Shown one piece after another: positions 58,513 through 64,000 of a stretch of 64,000 bases of DNA. How positions within the stretch are numbered: the stretch's first letter is position 1; each line of letters opens with the position of its first letter. The stretch covers positions 10,201 through 74,200 of the forward strand of contig JAYEIQ010000006.1 of assembly GCA_034660175.1 (NCBI GenBank). Reading direction: 5' to 3'. The notes under the pieces are model-generated. The model worked only from the letters and a program-made list of their open reading frames with translations, searched no databases and had not been told where the DNA came from. Both the position numbers and the translations under genes were made by a program. Source of the stretch: Patescibacteria group bacterium. GTDB lineage: Bacteria > Patescibacteriota > Minisyncoccia > Moranbacterales > DUUL01.

Positions 58513-59634
58513 ATGTATAAAAACATGGATCAACAAATAAACCCAGAAAAAAACGTTCCACAAACAAGTTCGTCACAACCAAGCGAATCGTGGACCAGTG
58601 AATACTACAAGGCAATAAAAGCGGGACTCGCAAGAGTGTGGTTGAATAAATACCTTTGGTTTTGGGGAATTTTCATACCTGGAGCAGGTGCCAGTTTCAA
58701 TTTTGGCAGTCAAGGTGAGATGGATGAGGAAGAACTGAGTGGCAAGGCACAAGAGTTTTTTCAGGAAGCAACAGGCTTTCTCTCAGAATACATTATCTGG
58801 ATAGCTCTTGGGGTTTTGGTCCTTCTGCTCATGGGAATTCTGTTTTGGACGTTGTCTGCAGTTGCACGCAGTGGTGTCATTCAAGCACTCGAAGCTTTGC
58901 AAAATCCAAAAGAAGGAGCAACATATGATTTCAAAGGTGTTTGGAGGGCGGGAAAACAACGATTTTTGCAGATCATGTTGATTGACGTCGTGATAGGGTT
59001 TTCGATGTTGCTTATCATGATTGTTTTGGTATCTCCAATTGTTTTGACTTTTTTTCAGGGAAAAGTTTTTGGTGGAATAATGCTAGCGCTGTTGGCTATT
59101 GTGATCTATATCCCGCTTGTTTTGCTGGCAGTATTTTTGAAACAGGTCGGGGCGATTGTTACCACTTTGTCAAAAATGGATGCAGTCAAATCGCTTGAAG
59201 TTTCATATTTCTATGTTAGGGGAAACATTAGGGAGGTCTTGAAGATGCTTCTGTCTTTGGTGGTTCTGGGTGTTGTTCAGGGCATCGCTACGTTCATTGT
59301 GATCTTTCCATTTATTGTGATCGTGATTGGCATTTCACTAATCTTTGTTGGTTTTTCAGGTGGGGACATTTTCTCTGATCCTTTTGGGAATCCTGTGTTG
59401 ATAATTGTTGTTGGTTTCATCGCTTTGTGTTTGGTGGTTTTGCTTTTGGTTATGAAGTCAATCTTCACTTTGTGGTTACAGGACTTATGGATATGGTGGA
59501 CAAAAAGAGTTGGTTCTGTTTTTGTCAAGGAAGCTGATTCACAGGAAACTGTGATTGAACAGTCCGTTAAAGGTGAAGTTTTGACAGGAGTTAAAGAGAA
59601 CAGAGCCGAAGAAACAATCGAAAACTCCAAGTGA
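58513..59634 (+). CDS. Polytopic membrane protein, function unknown
   Basis: KYLWFWG motif and several TM segments. Start likely 58513 or 58525. Confidence 0.7.
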   Translation: MYKNMDQQINPEKNVPQTSSSQPSESWTSEYYKAIKAGLARVWLNKYLWFWGIFIPGAGASFNFGSQGEMDEEELSGKAQEFFQEATGFLSEYIIWIALGVLVLLLMGILFWTLSAVARSGVIQALEALQNPKEGATYDFKGVWRAGKQRFLQIMLIDVVIGFSMLLIMIVLVSPIVLTFFQGKVFGGIMLALLAIVIYIPLVLLAVFLKQVGAIVTTLSKMDAVKSLEVSYFYVRGNIREVLKMLLSLVVLGVVQGIATFIVIFPFIVIVIGISLIFVGFSGGDIFSDPFGNPVLIIVVGFIALCLVVLLLVMKSIFTLWLQDLWIWWTKRVGSVFVKEADSQETVIEQSVKGEVLTGVKENRAEETIENSK

Positions 59635-59657
59635 GATCTATTGAATAAGAAAACAAA

Positions 59658-60632
59658 ATGATAGAAATATTCTTGTGGGCTTTGCTGTTTGTGGCAAGCC
59701 TCTCAATTTTACTCAAAGCATCCAACATTTTCACTGATTCTGCTGAAGAAATAGGCTACTTTTTCAAGTTGCCCGCTTTCGTCATTGGTGTGACCATCGT
59801 TGCTTTTGGAACTTCCTTGCCAGAGCTTATTTCATCAATTTTTGCTGTTATCCAAGGATCTTCAGAAATTGTTAGTGGTAATGTTGTTGGTTCAAATGTC
59901 ACTAATATTTTTCTTGTCTTGGGAGTTGCCGCAATTGTTGCCAAGAAGATCAAAGTGAATCATGAGATCATCAATGTTGATTTGCCAATTTTGATGGCAT
60001 CTGCTTTTTTGTTAGGACTCACGACTTTGGATGGAAAGTTTACTTTTGTTGAAGCACTGCTTTGTCTTGTTGGTCTGACTATCTATCTTTTTCACACAGT
60101 AACGGTTAAGAAAATTGTAGGGAAAGAAGATGATGCCATGGAGAAAGATTTGAAGAAAGAATTTAACGAGATCAAATTCAAAGAATTTCCCGTAAAAAGC
60201 TTGGTGATGCTTTTGGTCAGCATGAGTTTTTTATTTATCGGTGCAAAATATACGATTGATTCTGCAGTGAAACTCTCTGAAATTTTGAATATTGGCAAAG
60301 AAGTGATAGCTGGAACAGTGATTGCTCTTGGAACATCGTTTCCTGAGTTGGCAGTAAGCTTTGCTGGTGCTCGTAGGGGCAAAGCAGACATTGTTGTGGG
60401 AAATGTTTTGGGGTCTAATATTTTCAATTCCTTGGGTGTGATGGGTGTTGCTGGGCTTTTTGGTGTTATTGTAGTTCCAGTGAGTATTTTGACTTTTGGT
60501 TTGCCGATCTTAGTTATTGCAACGATATTGTATCTATTTGTCACACAAGACAAGGAAATCACTCGTTGGGAAGGAAGCTTTTTGATTATTTTGTATATTT
60601 TTTATGTTGGAAAATTGCTTGGGTTTGTATAA
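59658..60632 (+). CDS. Calcium/sodium antiporter (YrbG/CaCA family)
   Basis: Two alpha repeats: GTSLPEL..GNVVGSN and GTSFPEL..GNVLGSN. Confidence 0.92.
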   Translation: MIEIFLWALLFVASLSILLKASNIFTDSAEEIGYFFKLPAFVIGVTIVAFGTSLPELISSIFAVIQGSSEIVSGNVVGSNVTNIFLVLGVAAIVAKKIKVNHEIINVDLPILMASAFLLGLTTLDGKFTFVEALLCLVGLTIYLFHTVTVKKIVGKEDDAMEKDLKKEFNEIKFKEFPVKSLVMLLVSMSFLFIGAKYTIDSAVKLSEILNIGKEVIAGTVIALGTSFPELAVSFAGARRGKADIVVGNVLGSNIFNSLGVMGVAGLFGVIVVPVSILTFGLPILVIATILYLFVTQDKEITRWEGSFLIILYIFYVGKLLGFV

Positions 60633-60685
60633 CTGCAAGAGGTGACGTTTGCTTGGAGTATGCTCCAGGCAAAACAAAAACAAAA

Positions 60686-60720
60686 TAAAAAAAGGCACGG
60701 AAGTTTCCGTGCCCTTTTTT
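60686..60720. terminator. Bidirectional terminator
   Basis: A-run, GGCACGGAA-GT-TTCCGTGCC, T-run, between convergent genes. Confidence 0.75.
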
Positions 60721-60755
60721 GTTATGGTTATTTTATAAACCAAAACAATGATTGT

Positions 60756-62327
60756 TTAATTTACGTGAGTGCTGAGTTGCGTTGCAGTACCAACACCAGA
60801 GAAGGTGTAAAATCTTCTAGGATTTGCATTGCAATAAGTTTGCAATGCAGAAATTGTTTTTGCTCCTGTGTGAGATATCGCAATTTGCATCGCTTCTTTG
60901 TCCTTTCGCATGCACTTTCTGGTTGGTCCTCTATGAAGAACTTTTCCAGCTATCCCTTCAGGAACTGTTTTTCTGTGTCCCTTCTGAATGTAGCGATCGT
61001 CCAACCTCTTTTTTAAAGCTTCAGGAGAGGCCATTCCTTCATAGTCAACATAATCTTCACCCTCTCTTCTTTTTTGGCCGGAGATCGATTCGGAAAATGC
61101 GACCACCCACTTTCCAGCCATTACTCCGTCGGCTCCTGCTCCAAGGGCAACAACGGCTTGACCAGTTCCTGGAATTCCGCCATCCGCGATTATTGCAGCA
61201 GCATATTTGCCAGACTTTTTTAGTTGCAATTTTGTATATGCTGCTTCTCGCAGATTGGTGAATAGGGGAACACCAATTCCAGTTAGATTTGAGGTTGTGC
61301 AGATGGATCCGCAGCCAATACCAAACTTGACGGCATCAACTTTTGCTCCACCAACTTCGAGCATGCACATTTTGACATAGCCATCAACATCGGCAACATT
61401 GCCAGAAATAACTGTTGGTTTCGTGATGTCTCTTTTTTTTGCAAAATGGGCGACAGTTTCCAAGACACTTGCTGTTTGAGATAGCACTTCTTTGCAATTT
61501 CCATGACTTGTGTCGACAACAACAGAGCCAACGCCCATTTCAAGAGCGGGAATTAATCGTTGATTGATGTCTTCGGGTGAGGCTCCAATAGACATCCCAA
61601 CTAGTGGTCTGTCATTGAAAGTTGTTTGATTTTCAGCCAATACGTCTTTCATGAAATAGAGGCCATAGAACTTTCTGTTTTTATCGACAAGAGGAAGAAC
61701 GTTACAATATGGTTCCTTGATTAACCTTTCTTTGATCTCGGCAAACGGTGTACCGACATACGCAACTTTCAGATCTTGGAATTTCACCATCCATTTTTTT
61801 ATTGGTTCCTGGGCGTGTTTTTCATTGAAAGCAATGTTGTCAGTGAAAACCAGCCCACTCAAAAGTCCTTTATTGGTGAGTACTGGAATGACGCTGCGGC
61901 TGTGTCTAGACAAAATTCTTTCAGCTGTCGCAACCTTGTCACCGAGGCGTACTAATTTTGGTGTTCCAACCAGACAGTTTTCAGCATTCAAAGCTTGCTC
62001 TATCCAGTCCAACTGAATTTGAGGACTTGGTTCGCGGAATATAGTTCCGACTGCTCCACATTGTCCAGCGTGAATTGCAAGCAAGCCATCGGTTACTGTA
62101 CTCATTGGTGCTGTGATGAGAGGGAAGTTGAGTTGCATGTTTCCGATCGTTGTGCTCAAATCAACTTCGTGAGGCAGAATGTCTGAGTATCCAGGCATGA
62201 TCTTTATTTCATCAAGAGTCATCCCAATTTCAGGCATTGTCACGAAAGGTAATCTAAAGATGTTTGGATATAAGTTTTCATAGATTTCGTTAACGAACTG
62301 ATTGGGGTTGAAGTTTCTGTTTGCCAT
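60756..62327 (-). CDS. guaB: IMP dehydrogenase, divergent, with CBS pair
   Basis: APMSTVT, VVDTSHG, GNV, GIGCGSICTT, IIADGG, YEGMAS..DRY, PEG. Start 62327 with GGGAG SD. Confidence 0.82.
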   Translation of the reverse strand: MANRNFNPNQFVNEIYENLYPNIFRLPFVTMPEIGMTLDEIKIMPGYSDILPHEVDLSTTIGNMQLNFPLITAPMSTVTDGLLAIHAGQCGAVGTIFREPSPQIQLDWIEQALNAENCLVGTPKLVRLGDKVATAERILSRHSRSVIPVLTNKGLLSGLVFTDNIAFNEKHAQEPIKKWMVKFQDLKVAYVGTPFAEIKERLIKEPYCNVLPLVDKNRKFYGLYFMKDVLAENQTTFNDRPLVGMSIGASPEDINQRLIPALEMGVGSVVVDTSHGNCKEVLSQTASVLETVAHFAKKRDITKPTVISGNVADVDGYVKMCMLEVGGAKVDAVKFGIGCGSICTTSNLTGIGVPLFTNLREAAYTKLQLKKSGKYAAAIIADGGIPGTGQAVVALGAGADGVMAGKWVVAFSESISGQKRREGEDYVDYEGMASPEALKKRLDDRYIQKGHRKTVPEGIAGKVLHRGPTRKCMRKDKEAMQIAISHTGAKTISALQTYCNANPRRFYTFSGVGTATQLSTHVN

Positions 62328-62530
62328 TAAACGTTCTCCCTTTTGAGATTTGAAGATGATTGATAGTTGACTTATTGACAAGGTGCTTTGTTTTTTAGAA
62401 AAAGGCAAAACACCTCCAGAAGAGGTGTCTATGCTTTTCGCTATGTTATTGGTGTTTTGACCTTTTGTCAAGTTGTGATCATTTCAACAAAAAACGTTCC
62501 CAAGCAAACCCGGAGATATTTTCTGTAATG

Positions 62531-62604
62531 TGGGCGCTATAGGACTCGAACCTATGACCCTCTCGGTGTAAACGAGATGCTCTAGCCAACTGAGCTAAGC
62601 GCCC
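62531..62604 (-). tRNA. tRNA-Val(TAC)
   Basis: GGGCGCT/AGCGCCC, TCTCG-TTTACAC-CGAGA, GGTTCGAGTCC. Confidence 0.95.
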
Positions 62605-62688
62605 GATAAAATATTATATCAAATATAATATCAAAAAAACAGAATACTAAATAGAGAATAATCGTGAAGCGAAGTTGGAAACTGCCTG

Positions 62689-62863
62689 CCCCGTAGCACT
62701 TTGTGTGTGGGGACGGAGAGACTTGAACTCTCATGCTCATACGAGCCACGGCCCTCAACCGTGTGTGTATACCAATTCCACCACGTCCCCAGTGATTTAT
62801 ATTGTAATGAATAACAGCATTAAGTAATATTTTGAGTGTAGACAGAAAGTGCTACGGGGTGAA
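62689..62863 (-). mobile_element. 175-bp insert carrying an intact tRNA-Leu
   Basis: Perfect 14-bp inverted repeat CCCCGTAGCACTTT (62689-62702) / AAAGTGCTACGGGG (62846-62859), plus TGAA (TTCA on the minus strand). Confidence 0.65.
62708..62790 (-). tRNA. tRNA-Leu(GAG)
   Basis: GGGGACG/CGTCCCC, CACGG-TTGAGGG-CCGTG, long variable arm, GTTCAAGTC. Confidence 0.95.
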
Positions 62864-62886
62864 TATACCAATTCCACCATATCCTC
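62864..62886 (-). pseudogene. 5' fragment of an older tRNA-Leu
   Basis: GAGGATATGGTGGAATTGGTATA, 20/23 identical to the 5' end of the intact tRNA-Leu. Confidence 0.7.
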
Positions 62887-63004
62887 GAACTAAATTTTTA
62901 ATTTACAATTTTTAATTTTAAATGAAGCTCAGGGCTTTCAAAATCAAACAGCGTTTTCCAGTGCAAAAACTATCAACATTTAATTCTTTTGGAATAGGTA
63001 AGAC

Positions 63005-63469
63005 CTATTTTTTCTTTTCTTCTTTTTTGACTTCTTCCATCCCATTCTTTTTTGCAGGTTTCTTGTTTTCGGTTTTGGTTTCTTTTTTGACTTCTTCAGC
63101 GAACTTTTTCTCATCTTCTGTTATATCAACAGCTTTCATTTTTGCTCCACGTCCTGAGCGCTCTCTCATGTAATAGATCTTTGATCGGCGAACTTTGCTG
63201 TGACGAAGAAGGTCAATTTTCTCGATTGTTGGCAAATGAATAGGGAAGGTTGCTTCAACCCCAACTTTACCTGATTCTCGTCGAACGGTGATTGTTGGTG
63301 AGGAGCTTTGCTTTCCTTTGATTGCAATAATCAAGCCTTTAAAAATCTGGATGCGCTCTTTGTCACCTTCTTGAATTCTTTTGTGAACACGAACAATGTC
63401 CCCAACTCTCAATGTTGGAACTTTGTTTTTTTGTTGCGATTTATTGAAATCAATTATTTTTTGATTCAT
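63005..63469 (-). CDS. rplS: 50S ribosomal protein L19
   Basis: RVGDIVRVH..IQEGDKERIQIFKG, GVE, KVRRSKIYYMR. Confidence 0.96.
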   Translation of the reverse strand: MNQKIIDFNKSQQKNKVPTLRVGDIVRVHKRIQEGDKERIQIFKGLIIAIKGKQSSSPTITVRRESGKVGVEATFPIHLPTIEKIDLLRHSKVRRSKIYYMRERSGRGAKMKAVDITEDEKKFAEEVKKETKTENKKPAKKNGMEEVKKEEKKK

Positions 63470-63644
63470 TTGGACATTTTATAGGTTATCTGTAGAGTAT
63501 AATAAAAATACTTTATCAAGAATATCTCATTTTTTTGTCTGAGTCAAGGCTTTATTTTCGAAAAAATACCTTTCTTGAGGTGATTCGAATTTTTCTTGTT
63601 TCTGTGGTATTATTAAATAGTTGAAAGAGGTCTTATCTTCAAAC

Positions 63645-63950
63645 ATGAAAAGAAAACAAAAAAAATCAATAGAAACTGAACAAATCATATTTTCTGGTAT
63701 ATTGTTGGCTGTGGGAATTTTTGTGATCTCATTTTTCACTCTCACGATGTTGAGAATTGGAATTGAAGGGAGAGATGACTATATCTTGAAGACTCAAACG
63801 GTTCAAAACAATCCACAGCAGATAACAACAACATCTACATCAACAGGTCGTGGTTCTGCACAAACATTGATTTTTGCTGGTGCTTTAACTTTCAGTGTGT
63901 TAGGTGGAGTGATCTTTCTCGGTTTGAAAATAAACGACAAATATAACTAA
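63645..63950 (+). CDS. Small two-TM hypothetical protein
   Basis: Two TMs around a Thr-rich loop. Terminator hairpin at about 63970-64000. Confidence 0.55.
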   Translation: MKRKQKKSIETEQIIFSGILLAVGIFVISFFTLTMLRIGIEGRDDYILKTQTVQNNPQQITTTSTSTGRGSAQTLIFAGALTFSVLGGVIFLGLKINDKYN

Positions 63951-64000
63951 CACAACATCTTATTTTTTCAAAAAGCACTTCTTTCAAGAAGTGCTTTTTT

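Overview
AT-rich bacterial chromosome segment (standard code 11) that starts at the replication origin (dnaA-oriC-dnaN-dciA). Gene content points to a Patescibacteria/CPR (Parcubacteria-like) genome: a chromosomal PrgI/VirB4/VirB6 locus, an array of VirB2-like pilins and a 23S-5S unit with no linked 16S. This taxonomy is inference. The window also carries housekeeping genes (metG, tatD, murB, raiA/hpf, secA, secE-nusG-rplK-rplA-rpmG, gyrA, trpS, guaB, rplS) and four tRNAs. The most unusual signal is in the stable-RNA genes. Three diverged 5S rRNA genes are nested inside one another. The intact inner copy sits in a 170-bp insert (TTTA plus inverted arms) whose removal exactly restores the loop-C junction of the middle copy. 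tRNA-Leu(GAG) shows the same design, in a 175-bp insert (TTCA plus 14-bp inverted arms) inside a decayed tRNA-Leu. Together these suggest an undescribed class of small palindromic elements that target RNA genes and carry a replacement copy. The 23S has two non-coding hairpin insertions, and several dispersed structured repeats and a duplicated leader motif occur. No CRISPR array, transposase or integrase was recognised. All calls come from reading motifs by eye; no database searches were run.
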